A stretch of 64,000 nt of DNA. It comes from the human T2T-CHM13v2.0 reference genome, Homo sapiens. The DNA lies in the NCBI RefSeq assembly GCF_009914755.1, contig NC_060928.1; one strand, given 5' to 3'. The notes beneath the pieces were generated by a model. It was not told the origin of the DNA and ran no database searches. It saw only the letters and a program-made list of their open reading frames with translations. Each line of letters begins with the position of its first letter. Position 1 is the first letter of the stretch. The position numbers and the translations under genes are program-made. Shown here piece by piece: positions 48,993 to 64,000 of the stretch.

Positions 48993-49621
48993 TGAAATTA
49001 CTTTCTTAAGAGTTCATTTTCCTCATTATAGCTGACTATAAATTTGTCATTTTATGACCATCTGTGGAAGCCCATGTTTTTGATTCAGTAATACTTCTAC
49101 CTTCAAGAGAACAGACACGTACAACATAACGCATTTACACTATTAGCAAATATCTAAGTAGGAATAGTCTGGACAACATACATTGTGCAAAAAATGTAAA
49201 ATGTTAACATGTAACTTATTCTCAGAACTGTGATTTGATTACATCTAAGTAGATATGGCAGTAAGAGAATTTTGAATTATGTTTAATGTTTGTGGAATTT
49301 TAAATGGCTGAAAAAAGAAATAATTTATTTTCTCTTGGAATCTTTTTGTAAAGACCATTTCAAGAAGAAAAAATGTATACGTACAGGATTAGGGTGATTA
49401 GAGTGATCCTGTTTGAGTTGAATATATTGTGAAATGTGACTTTTGCAAAATGACACATATAAGAGGATAATTTTCAAGGTAAGAATTACTACAACAAAGA
49501 TAAGGTACCACAAGTACATATGTGGTAAAATTTGGACATATATATGTGAATTTAATGATTCAAAGTATCAAACACGATCCTGACATTGTGGGTACATACA
49601 ACAAAATGGTGACTATAAAGG

Positions 49622-49920
49622 AAGGGCATGATGGCTCACGCTTGTAATCCTAGCATTTTGGAAGGCTGAGGTGTGCTGATTGCCTGAGCTCACGTGTTCA
49701 TGACCAGCCTGGGCAACATGGCAAAACCCCGTCGCTACTAATAATGCAAAAATTAGCTGGGCATGGTGGCGTGCGCCTGCAGTCCCAGCTACTCAGAAGG
49801 CTGAGGCAGGAGAATTGCTTGAACCCGGGAGGCAGAATTCCAGTGAGCCCAGCTGAGATCATGCCACTGCACTCCAGCTTGGGTAACAGAGCAAGACTGT
49901 TTTAAAAAAAAAAAAAAAAA
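49622..49920 (+). mobile_element. AluS
   Basis: Dimer; TSD aaaat(g/a)gtgactata. Confidence 0.93.
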
Positions 49921-50108
49921 TAGTGACTATATAACGTAATGAGGAAACTGAATTGCAAGGCCACTAGAAGAAAAAATGTAAAATCTTGTGTATATGTGAG
50001 CATGAATTCAACTTGCCAGTTGAGGGTATCCTGAAAATTTAAGATATGCATAAGCAGAAAAAGGAAGGGAAAAAATAGGATTTTAAAAATCAAGTGAAAA
50101 AGGATACA

Positions 50109-50432
<324 letters not shown>

Positions 50433-51351
50433 CTAAAAAATCAAGCATCATGTAATTTAATTAGAATTTAAATCCCACTTTAAAAAAAAAATAAATTATG
50501 TTAGCAAAACTGGCAGATAGTTACCAAACCAAAAGTATGAAAATTTTCAATATTTTTTAGTTTCCTAAATTGGTAATGATAGTTGCTAGAAGTTTTAAGA
50601 AGGCACATATATGGATGTAATCACCATGAATTCTACCAGAGTTATGAGGATTGTGGACATCTTTGTCAGAATTTCTTAATGTGAAGCTCACAGAGCACGA
50701 AGCGTTCCATGAGCCCCCTGAAATTATGTGCCACCTGTCATGTGCATATGTAGTTTTTTTTGGAAGGGGTTTGTGACTTTTTAAAATTTGGATTCCTAAG
50801 AGAGATTTATAACCATGCCCTCTACCTTCCCAAATTAAGAATCATTACTCTACTTAAAGAAGTATTTGCTTACGAATTGGTAATATTTGGCTTACTTTCT
50901 TGTTACCAAGGAAGAAAGTTGTTTTTTAGTTTTATGACTTGGTATCTTGTCTTTTCCATTTTATATTCATGTGTGGGAGGCAAGATTAGTTTACACAAGT
51001 TTCCATTACCAACCAGGTGTGGTTTACATTTCTAAGATACCAAGTTAAGAAAGGATCCAAGTTTACAAATCTCATTTTTAATCTCTGTTGCTGTTCGTTT
51101 TTTTGTTTGGTTTCTTAATCAATTCAGTTCAATTTTGGAAGGGCTGCTCCTTCCTCAAATTGCTTCATGGTTTTATTTTGGTAAGTATGAAGCAAAAAGA
51201 AATAACAATAAAATTCCCACAGTCTTTTCTCCTATTTAAGAAATTTGAGGATTCTATCAAACATTTTCACTGAGCCCATTAAAAACTAACAGGTAATTAA
51301 AATGATTCTTGCAGCCATACATAAGTACTTTAATTTAAAAAGTGAATTCTG

Positions 51352-51665
51352 TGGGGCATGGTGGCTCACACCTGTAATCCCAACACTTTGGGAGGCTGGG
51401 GTAAGAGGATTGCTTGAGTCCAGGAGTTCAAAGCCAACCTGGGCAACAGAGCGAGACACCATCTCTAGAAAAAATACAAAAATTAGCTGGATGTGGTGGT
51501 GTGCAACATTAGTCCCAGCTACTCAGGGGACTGAGATGGGAGGATCTCCTGAGTCTGGGAAGGTCGAGGCTACAGTGAGCCATGATCACTGTACTCCAGC
51601 CTGGGTGAGAGTGAGACCCTGTCTAAAATAATAACAATAATAAAAGAATAGAAAAAGAATAAAAG
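51352..51665 (+). mobile_element. AluJ
   Basis: AluJ diagnostics; TSD gtgaattct. Confidence 0.9.
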
Positions 51666-52259
51666 AAAGGTGAATTCTATCCCCATAGGGACCCTTGAAG
51701 CAATATCTTATTCTAACCACATTTGAGTTGCCCTGCTGACAAAATTCTATTTTATGGTCTATATTCTAGGAAGTTTCTCTTAATGGCCATGTTTAATCCC
51801 ATAAAGCCCTTTAACAAAAATTAGAAATAATGATGCTTTTCTATGATTCAGTAGCTATTTCTAAAGAAGAGATGCCTTTAATCTCATTTACACTCCTGAG
51901 AAAGAAGAATTAGACACTATTGTGGGAAATAATTATTCTGTAAAAGAAGATAGAGAAAATGTAAGGACACAAAGTATATTAAAAGGTGATTTTTAGACTG
52001 AACTACTCAAAACTTGACAAAAAGAGCATAAGATTTTCAGGCAGTTTTTGAGTATAGGGATTTTAAGATAGAAAAAAGAAAACATTTTAATTTTAACTGG
52101 AAGAATTGGTACACTCAAGACAAAAATGTAGAAAATATTTGGATATGTTTCAATTATCTAATACTGCATGACAAACTACTCCCAAAATTTAGTGGCTTAG
52201 AACAATAGCCATTTTTTTATATCTCATGATTTTGTAAATGAGCCAGGCTTGCTAAGTAA

Positions 52260-54700
52260 TTCCAATTTATAGTTTTTTTCTCATTTGCTAGTTGGAATAC
52301 TTTTATAAAGAGACACTTTCCCTTACCTCTTCTTCAATTATCTAGTAGAAGCCTTCAAAGAGTAAAGACAGGATAAAGCTTAATTCTTTCCATCTGTTTA
52401 TCAGTTTTCACGATAATAAATTGTTTTCCTTTCATCCTCCAAAGTCAACCAGTTTAAAAAAAAATCAGTAAGAACTCCTGGATTTCAACATATTTGATGG
52501 CTTTCAAATCACTGCAATTTTTAATCACATTGAAGCTCAAACTGCCCCATCTTTGGCCAGTAGGAACCTCAAGTTGACCTCTGAATCTTTTTGACATGGT
52601 ATTAGTGGTCTTTGATAATTTCCTTGCTTTTTGGTATAGGAAGATATTTCAGTCTCACCTTGTGCATTTTCCATTGCATACTGTAATCTGCTCTTTTTCA
52701 AAGAAGTCCAGGTTTCTGTTAGCAGTAAATGATATTCAAAGATTATGATCATGGTACTAGGGCTGTGTACTGGGCTAGTCACTTCCTAGGCCTTTTCGGT
52801 GGACAAAGATGGAAAACAAACACACATTGTGTCTGTGTGTGTATCACATCTCATAAGTTCATATTGATATTTCCAATTCAAATAAAAGACCATTCCACTT
52901 GCGCTGTAGGGTTTGTACTATAACCTCTCTCTATTATATCTCTGTTTCCTTTCTTCTACTCTGAGAATTGTGGTTCTCGAAAAAAAAAGAAATAATTAGA
53001 ATATAATTATTAATTTGTTTTACCCAACAATATACACACATTGGTCTCAGGATAGCAACACTAAATACACTTCAACTGTTTTACTGAAAACCAGTTAAAC
53101 ATTTTTTTCATATGTTCCTATCATTCTTTGCCTTTTAGGAGGTGAACATTGACAGATCATATAACCATTATAAACTGTACTGTCTTTCTTTTAAACATCA
53201 TATTATCTTTGTTCTGCAATAGTTAATGCTCAATACATATCCTTACAACATTGTCTCTATAGACATTTTGGTTTTGTGAAGCTTATTCTCTGATAGATAC
53301 CTCAGTAGTACTCATGGAAACAATACCCACAGAATTCTTACCTGATGTTAGTAGTGTGTTTGTGCCTTTATATTTGGAAGGCACTTTTGCTTGATATAAA
53401 ATTCTTGGATCACATTTTATTATCTTAAATCCTAGATGTCCAAGAAACTTTTTTATTTTCCTTTAAAATCTAAATTTTAATAGAGTATGTCTTAGGGTTG
53501 GCCATCTGTGTTGGTATGCTTAACTAAATGATGTGTTCTTTCAATATATAGTTTTAAATCCTTATAGTTTTCAGGAAATGTTTTTTTGAAAGATAGTTTT
53601 TAGTTATTCTACTCCTTTGCTTTGGTTTTCTTCTGTAACAACTCCTATTATAATTATATTGGATCTTCTTTATCTTCAATAATTATTTTTTAAAAATCTA
53701 TTTACCTTTCTATTTTTATTTTTAAAGTATTTTCCCTTTCCACACTATATTCCTCTAAAGGCATTATCCATTATGTTTGCCTATCTATCTGTTAGGTCTA
53801 CTTTAATCTCCATTTCTAAAATATATATATTTTTTTCTCTTCCTTTCTTGAGATCTGTCACTTCTTTTCTGAGATTTATGAACTCTGATTTATGTTGTAC
53901 TTTTGTGACATATATCACTTGAATGGTAGTTTGCCTTACATTTTATTTGTGGTTATCTGTATACTCATACAATTTATCTAGTTATTAATATCATTAATTC
54001 ACTCAACAAATATTCATTGATCCTCTACTATGTGCAGGCATTATAGTCTGAAGTTGAGCCACAGTAGCCAATCACTAGAAACATGAAAGAGAGATAAAAG
54101 CTTATTGCTTTATGCAACTAAAATTTTGTAGTTTGTTATACAACAATAGCTGACTAACACAACATATTTACAATCATTAACTCATGTGTTTAGTCTCAAC
54201 AGAATGCTTTTACACCATGAATTCACCATATTGAAATTCTCATTTTGACATTGTCAGCTGGATTTATGTCTTTAGGAATATTTTAAGGAAGATATATTTT
54301 CAGGAAACTAGAAGTTTGAATTTTTTTCTTCCACAAATGAATATTTGTGATCTAGAAAATTATTGAGTCACAATCGTTTTCCCCAAATCATTATAAATAT
54401 TGCATCATTACTTTCTGACGTTTAACAAAAAAGCTTTTGCTTGATTTCTTTCCCTTTGTAGGCTGTAGATTTTTTCTGAAAAATGCTTGCAAGACATTTT
54501 TTAAATTCTTGAAATTAAAACAAATTCTGCAGGATATTTTTACTGTATAGTCTCTTTCAATTGATTCTGCCTGAATTCACTAAGCTCTTTCACATGCAGA
54601 CTAAATGAAAGCCCATGAACGTTTTCTATTATGTTTTTCATTATTTCTTTTTTTTTTGGTATGTGTGTGTGAGTATGTATGATTGTTTACACCTATTATT
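52260..54700 (-). mobile_element. Degenerate old L1M fragments with small L2/MLT1 pieces
   Basis: T-rich strand with L1M-like motifs (ttgcttgatataaaattcttggatcaca); boundaries approximate. Confidence 0.5.
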
Positions 54701-55518
54701 CAAAGCTTCATTCTCACTTCTCTGAATCTTATATTTATCATTTCTTCATATTTCATTGTTTTTTTTTTTTTTTTTTTTGAGATGGAGTCTTGCTCTGTCA
54801 CCCTTTAAAGCAGTGGCATGATATGGCTCACTGCAACCTTTGCCTCCTGGGTTCAGGCAATTCTCCTGCCTCAGCCTCCTGAGTAGCCAGGGCTACAGGC
54901 GTGTGCCACCACGCCTGGCTAATTCATTGATTTCATCTATTGTCTGCAACAGATCTTTCCTTCATGGCTTTCAGAATATACTAACTCTACCAAAACCTTG
55001 AGAGTGGAAATCTAGCCTCAGGGACCAAGAGAAAATAAATTTCTGTTGTTTCAGTCATCCAGGCTGTTAATATACCAGCCCTAGCAAACTAATACATACC
55101 CTTAAACTTCTACTTCACTTTCAAAGAGAACCCCAATCATGAATCATTATAATTCTCCCAGGTCAATGAAGGTTGCAGAAAAATCCTACCCTTAGAACTG
55201 GTCAAAAGGAGTCCCTATCCTGGTCTAGTGCTTTAAAGGGCAAAATCTAGTTCTTTCCAGCTATGCCCTGCCCTAAAGGAATCTTTGGGGCCAAGAAGAC
55301 GTGTTCATTCAGAACTTGTGCCTTCACTTTTAGACAATAATTTGAGTACCTGGTCCCTAAAATTCTTTGCTCACACAGCCCCAAGAAGTCTAACAGTGAC
55401 TTTTCCCGAGGTCCTTCCTACTGAGGGCAAACAGTGCTTTCAGTATCTATAACCCTAGGCCAAAAATGTAGCCAAAAGGCCCCAAGGTCCAAGAGGTGAC
55501 AAAGGAGTGGGAGAGCAG

Positions 55519-55707
55519 TAAGTTTGCCAAATAAAATACAAGACAACTTGTTAAATTTGAGTTTCAGATAAACAACAAATAATGTCTTAGTATCAGTTCC
55601 AAGTATTTCATCAGACAAATTTATACTAAGAATGTATTCATTGTTTATTTAAAATTCAAATTTAACTGTACATCCCTTTTTTAAAAAAAACAAATATGGT
55701 AACCCTA
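55519..55707. mobile_element. MER53 palindromic hAT MITE
   Basis: Arms ttgccaaataaaataca..gttaaatttgagtttcagataaacaa and ttgtttatttaaaattcaaatttaac..ggtaacccta are reverse complements. Confidence 0.85.
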
Positions 55708-56231
55708 GTTGGGGGCCAGAGTTGGGTGTCCATATGCTGGGCATCTATGTGCATAAGCACATGGCCCATTATGATATCGTTATTGATACCATTAGTATCA
55801 AATTGTGTATGAAAAGGTGACACTAGCAAGGCAGGATATATGAGCCAATCAATTCTCTTTCATTAACCCACATTCTGACACAATAGAAATTCTAAATTCA
55901 ACCTGGCTTCCCTGGTATTTTCAAAATAGGAAGAACATATTTAACTTTTACACTTTGTTGGCTATATTTATAATGTTTAAATATTTAGACATTTTTAATT
56001 TATGTGGTTCATTTTCAATCTTGTCCCAGCTATAACGTCAAGAGGTGGTACTGTTGCAGAAAAGCACTCTAAGCGTCAATATTATTGTTAATCACATTTA
56101 AAGAATGATGAAAGTAAGACTTAGAAAGGTCATTCAGCTAGAGGAGTCCATTTTCAATGTCAGATCTCTCTAAATAGAAATCAAATTGTCTTCATCACCA
56201 AAAATAATTTACTACTTACAAGTAAATATAT

Positions 56232-56637
<406 letters not shown>

Positions 56638-57006
56638 ATAAGTAAATATATTCTTTGATCACATAATTTAATATGCATGCATAAAACTAATGCATTTCAT
56701 GGGATATTAAAGATAGGTATAAAGGAAGTCCTAATTGTTCAGGCTTTGATCTTGAGTTTTATTGGCCCAGACACCTGATTTTATAAATGTGCCCACATTT
56801 GATAAAACTGTGGGTATGTGTTGTAAATATACAATTCACAACACTGACTTATAAAACAAACTGGCAATTTAAGTTTACAATGGCTAATATATCTGGCAGA
56901 ATGATCATTTGTAGCAATTCCTCTTTATGGGAAATGCCAACCAGAAGCTCAAATTATAACTCAGAAAATTGCTTGTCTAATGTTGGAACAAAGGGAGTAT
57001 ATCTTA

Positions 57007-57568
<562 letters not shown>

Positions 57569-57614
57569 AGGAGTATATATTCTTAAGCTAACATTTCCAT
57601 CAAGATAGGTGAAT

Positions 57615-58590
<976 letters not shown>

Positions 58591-58974
58591 ATTAATTAAT
58601 TAATCAAATTCCATTCTAAGAACAATCAAGCCGAAAGTGAGGAATTACTTTAAATGCTTTGAAGCTCAGCATCCCGGGGTTCTTATCCGTCACTAATTAC
58701 CTATACATTTGCAGGTCTCAGTTTCTTTGCTTTGTAAACATAGGCTTCTTGTAAGGATTGGGATTATACACTGAAAAAGCTTAGCACAGTATTATTACTA
58801 TTATGCTATCTACATTATATTATAGGTGAAACACTACAGATTATAATACATACAATATATACTAATTGTATTATATATTGTTATTTTTTGTCATTATGCT
58901 ATTTACTATTGTTCTATTTAATAACTCTCTAGATAATTTAACAGGACAAAGGTACAGAACAATCTGGCCCTTAC

Positions 58975-59620
58975 AAGCCGGCGGAGACGGGTACGAATTA
59001 CCATGACAACAGCGCGCGCCTCGACATTGTCGGCTCGCGCGTTGTTTGGGAAGAAAAAGCCTAGGCTGCGTGTTGCGTCATCATTACGCGCTCTTAAGGT
59101 TTCTCCGTGGTGTTTTGGAAGGTCCCGGCACGGCTACCGTCGCCCCACGCTAGGAAATTTTTTTTTTATTTTCAACCTTTGTTACATAGCACTGAGGCTA
59201 CAAGATCGTAAGTACTGAGGGAAGAAAGAACAAGCGAGCGATTGAACGTTAAAAAGATGCCTTAGCATGCACTCCACCTCTGAACCTTCCTGTGTGTTCT
59301 TAATCCTATCAGCTTCCTCTCAGCTGGGATCGCGCCGCGTCAACTTCCGGGCGGATGCCCGCCAGCACGGCCTCCGCCGCTCCCCTTCTTTGGCCCCTTT
59401 GTGTCCCCGCAGTGTCGAGGCGCGGGCCCTGGCAGGTCCTTTCTCGAGGCAGGGGGCACGGTAGCACAGGGAGCTTCTCTTTGTGGGCGGGCGCGAGGCC
59501 CGCTAGGGGGTTATACTGGGGAACGTGCCTGCGCGTGCTTGGGTAAGAGGAGGTTGCACGAGGGTCAGCTCGTGGTTTCAGTAAGGAGGGGCGGGCGGGG
59601 GAGGCGGACGAAGGGGAGTG
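58975..59620. promoter_or_regulatory. SMARCAD1: CpG-island promoter of SMARCAD1, probably bidirectional
   Basis: Dense CpG in unique sequence; half-CRE tgcgtca (~59074), ETS acttccgg (~59343), NRF1-like gcctgcgc (~59527), GC boxes (~59590); lies directly upstream of the first coding exon. Confidence 0.9.
59090..59580 (+). other. SMARCAD1: Alternative non-coding first-exon region of SMARCAD1 with three candidate 5' splice donors
   Basis: ATC|GTAAGT at 59207/8, TGG|GTAAGA at 59542/3, TCA|GTAAGG at 59580/1; TSS positions cannot be fixed from sequence. Confidence 0.65.
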
Positions 59621-59830
59621 AAAAGCAATGGAAAATTTTAAAAGATACCCCCGTCCACCTTCTAATTGTTGCGGCCTAACAATGAAGCGCAGCCATAACA
59701 GTCCTGAGCCACTGGCATGTTTGCGGGCCCTTTATTGCCTTGGGAATAAACTGCTGTGGCATTGTATCGTATATTGTTTTCATGGCCTTTTTTCCTCTCT
59801 TTATTTTTCCCCTGCAGATAGTTCATTTAA

Positions 59831-60070
<240 letters not shown>

Positions 60071-62135
60071 TAAAATTGATGTAACATCAAGGACAGTTTT
60101 TAAAAGATGAAAGGCAGAAGGGATTCTCATTTTTATTCTTGATGTCATATATATTGATGCATTGTCCTGCGGTGTGCCCTTTTAAATACAGCTTTGGGAC
60201 TGCCATAAGCACCATGTACCCTCAACTGAGCATCCATCCATTGTCGCCTCACTTTTATATGAGTTCTTCGAATATGGCCCCATGGTGGAAGTTGAAATTA
60301 GAATTTAGGGCATCCATAGGTCAGAACGGTTGCTATTGGAAGAGCAATGTCAGTGATTCAGTCCTATGATAAACTTTGAGGCTATTTGGGCAGACATTTT
60401 CATTCATTCCAGTATTCCCTCAAAATATTGATCATCTACTGTGAGCTAGACATTGAGCAAGGTGCCTAAAGACAACCTCTGTACACAAGGGAAGATCAGA
60501 TCACATCAAGTTCTTGCATCCACCTGACTTCCTGGATGTCCTCAGAATGCAAATGAGTAATTGGTATTCTTCATGGTGAATGAACATTTTTAACCTCATC
60601 AGCAGATTGTCAGAGACAAAAGTATTTGAGGATAAGCCAAAAATTAAGATTTCCACTCGAATCTATGTTCATTGAACAGTTAACTATTAGAGGAATATAT
60701 TTGAGCTCTTGTTGTATTATAGGAATAGTGATAAGTGCTTCACCTTCTGTCATTTAATTTGCACAATAATCCTACAAGGTAGATATTACTGACATAGAGG
60801 TTAATGTGAAATGAGATTCAGAGAGGTTATTAGGAACTTGGTAGAGCCTGAACTCAAGTCCTGGCAGTATGATTCCTGAGCATAAACTAATTAGTTAGTT
60901 TCTTAGGAAAGGTGAAAGGAATGTTGGAAGTTATATTTTAATATTTATTTCAGTAATATCTTTTTTTATGCAAAACTCTGTTTCGTAAACAGCTTTTAAC
61001 TTAATGTAGCCTGAAAGATTGGTAACACACATGTTTATCCTTGGTATCTTTTTGTTTGCCACCCTTCTACTTAAATGTAATAATGATGGCAGATCCTCTG
61101 CAAGTTATCATTAGAATAACATTTTTAAATACTTTGGTGTAATTGGAAATTGGCAGAATGATTTGGTAGATTGGATTAGGAGTCAGATTTACAAAGGCTT
61201 TGTCTAAGTAGTTTTGAATTTAAATGCTATAGGGAACAACTGAAGGATTTTAAGCACCAGGATTTTAATCCCTGTGTTCACTCTTTGAATAGATATTTGA
61301 CATCCAGGTATTTTAATGCTTTTCCAATGAATATATTTGTCTGTTTCCTCTGTAGTTAGATAGTTCAGGAAAGCCAAGGTGTAGACATGGGATTTCGAGT
61401 CCATAGAAGCTTCTGCTTCTTCATTTTTGTTAAATGTGGGACATTAGACAAGTCATTTGAAATCTGTGATCCACACTTTTTTCATCTCTGAAAGTGAAAG
61501 CAGTTTGTAAACTGGATTTCAGTGGAATGTTTTAGTTATTTATCAGTATTGGTCATGTGAAATCTTTAATTTCCTTTAGTGATCAGAAGATATTTTTCTG
61601 TTTTTATTTCTTTCTAATGATAACACTCATTTTCTCTTTATTGGGACTTTTTTCCATACATAAATTCTGCTTAAAAACTGAGATTGCTTTAGGAATTACA
61701 TGATCAGCCTTGATGGCTTCGGGAAATAAGAAAACTAAGTTTGTTCTAGGAATGTTGAGAATTAATCCTTGTAGGAATGGAGCACTTTGCTTTAATAAAA
61801 GATTGTTTTAAATGATACTGTGAATTTTGGAGAATCTTGAAAACTGAGAAGTTTAGATTTTACATTGTAAGTATTAGATATCCATTGAAGAACTTACAGA
61901 GTGAATGGAAAATGGTGAAAGAAAGTTTTAAAAGTCAGTTTAGCAGTAGTGACTAGTACACACTGATTGAGGGTAGGGATTGAAGGGAAAGAAAACATTT
62001 AGGCAACTCCTGTAATTGAGCTTAATGATAGCGGTAGAAATGGAGAAGAAAGAGATATGAGAGGTTTCAAAGTAATGAAGGGCAGGGTTTAGATCCCTGA
62101 TGGGAATGAGATAAGATGAATGGTAAGATTTTTAT

Positions 62136-62840
<705 letters not shown>

Positions 62841-63404
62841 TCAGAATTGAGTGTTGGATCTCTGGAGAGGACAAGATACTGAAGTTAGATTTTAAGGTCA
62901 GGACTGGAGATGAAAATTGGTGAATTATAAATAGGATGTGACTATTGACCTTACTTCTTTATCATGTGGTAACTTTTCATACTCCCATTGTGGGATAATG
63001 CTGCGTTAGTTTATTTACAGTAAAGTGTCAGGTCAAACTAAGTCAGCTTACAGGACAGAAATTGTATGTAGTCAAAATTACCTGTAATCACTCTTTTTGA
63101 CTAATCCTGTTATTTTATCTAGTGAGTTGACTTCATTTCCTATGACCCTCCTTCAGTTACTGTGCCACCACCACATTGTTTCTTGAATCTTTCAAGCAAG
63201 GTCCCATCTTTGCTTCTTCCAATTTGCTTTTTTGCCTGGAAGACTCTTCCTGCTGATATTTGCATATGACTCAGATGCTTTGTTTCATTAAATCTCAGTA
63301 AAATGTCACCTTTTTAAGAAGACCTTCCTTGATCACCCTGTGAAATAGCCACCCACCCCAGCCCACCCTACCCCAGCTTTACTGTTATTTTTCTTCATAG
63401 TATT

Positions 63405-63470
63405 TATCACTAGCTAACCTTTCATTATGTAGTTGTGTATCACTAGCTAACATTACATTATATAGTTGTG
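63405..63470. repeat. 33-bp tandem duplication within an L2 remnant
   Basis: tatcactagctaac(c/a)tt(t/a)cattat(g/a)tagttgtg x2. Confidence 0.9.
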
Positions 63471-63642
63471 ACTCCCTTGTTAGAACATATGATTCATGAG
63501 AGCAGGACCTTATCTGTTGTGTTCACCTATTTATCTCCATTGTTCAGGGCAACGACTGGCTTGTCGTAGGCCCTCAATAAGTGCATTGAAGTAAATATTA
63601 TTGCATGATGAGTGGGCATTATTAGTACTTTATACATTTTTT

Positions 63643-64000
63643 AAAATTTATTTATTATTTATTTGTTTTTAGACAATCTCACTGTGTGGCCCAGGCTAGA
63701 GTGCAGTGGCAGAATCTTGGCTCACTGCAACCTCTACCTCCTGGGTTCAAGTGATTCTCATACCTCAGCCTCCCGAGGAGCTGCGACTACAGGCTCATGC
63801 CACCATGCCCGGCTAATTTTTGTATTTTCTGTAGAGACGGCATTTCGCTATGTTGACCAGGCTAGTGTCAAACTCCTGACGTCAAGTGATCCACGTGCCT
63901 TGGCCTCTGAAAGTGCTAGGATTATAGGCATGAGCCACCACGCCCAGCCCTATACATATTTATTTATTATTATTTTTTTGAGATGGAGTCTTGCTCTGTT
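63643..64000 (-). mobile_element. Intronic AluS (63643-63948) and the tail end of another Alu running off the window
   Basis: Reverse Alu sequences. Confidence 0.93.

Overview
Human (primate) genomic DNA. About 59 kb of repeat-dense intergenic sequence is followed by the CpG-island promoter, alternative non-coding first exons and first coding exon of SMARCAD1 ([26 protein letters not shown]...), then the start of the next intron. The left 11 kb is a decayed HERV-L/MLT2B provirus carrying nested insertions: a twin-primed L1PA, two Alus, an antisense MLT2B LTR and an SVA inside that LTR. The middle holds solo LTRs (MER41A, LTR7, LTR12C in MSTA, several MaLR/ERVL LTRs), a MER4-group ERV remnant, an HMGB3 processed pseudogene, a retroposed tRNA-Ala 3' half, a MER53 MITE and many Alus. 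Nearly all ORFs in the supplied track are Alu/L1/SVA/LTR artefacts or dead retroviral fragments. I found no support for a new multi-gene system. The best observations are retrotransposition fossils that record mechanism, plus candidate TE-derived regulatory elements upstream of SMARCAD1. Repeat subfamily names come from remembered consensus sequences, not a database search, and boundaries without a TSD are approximate.
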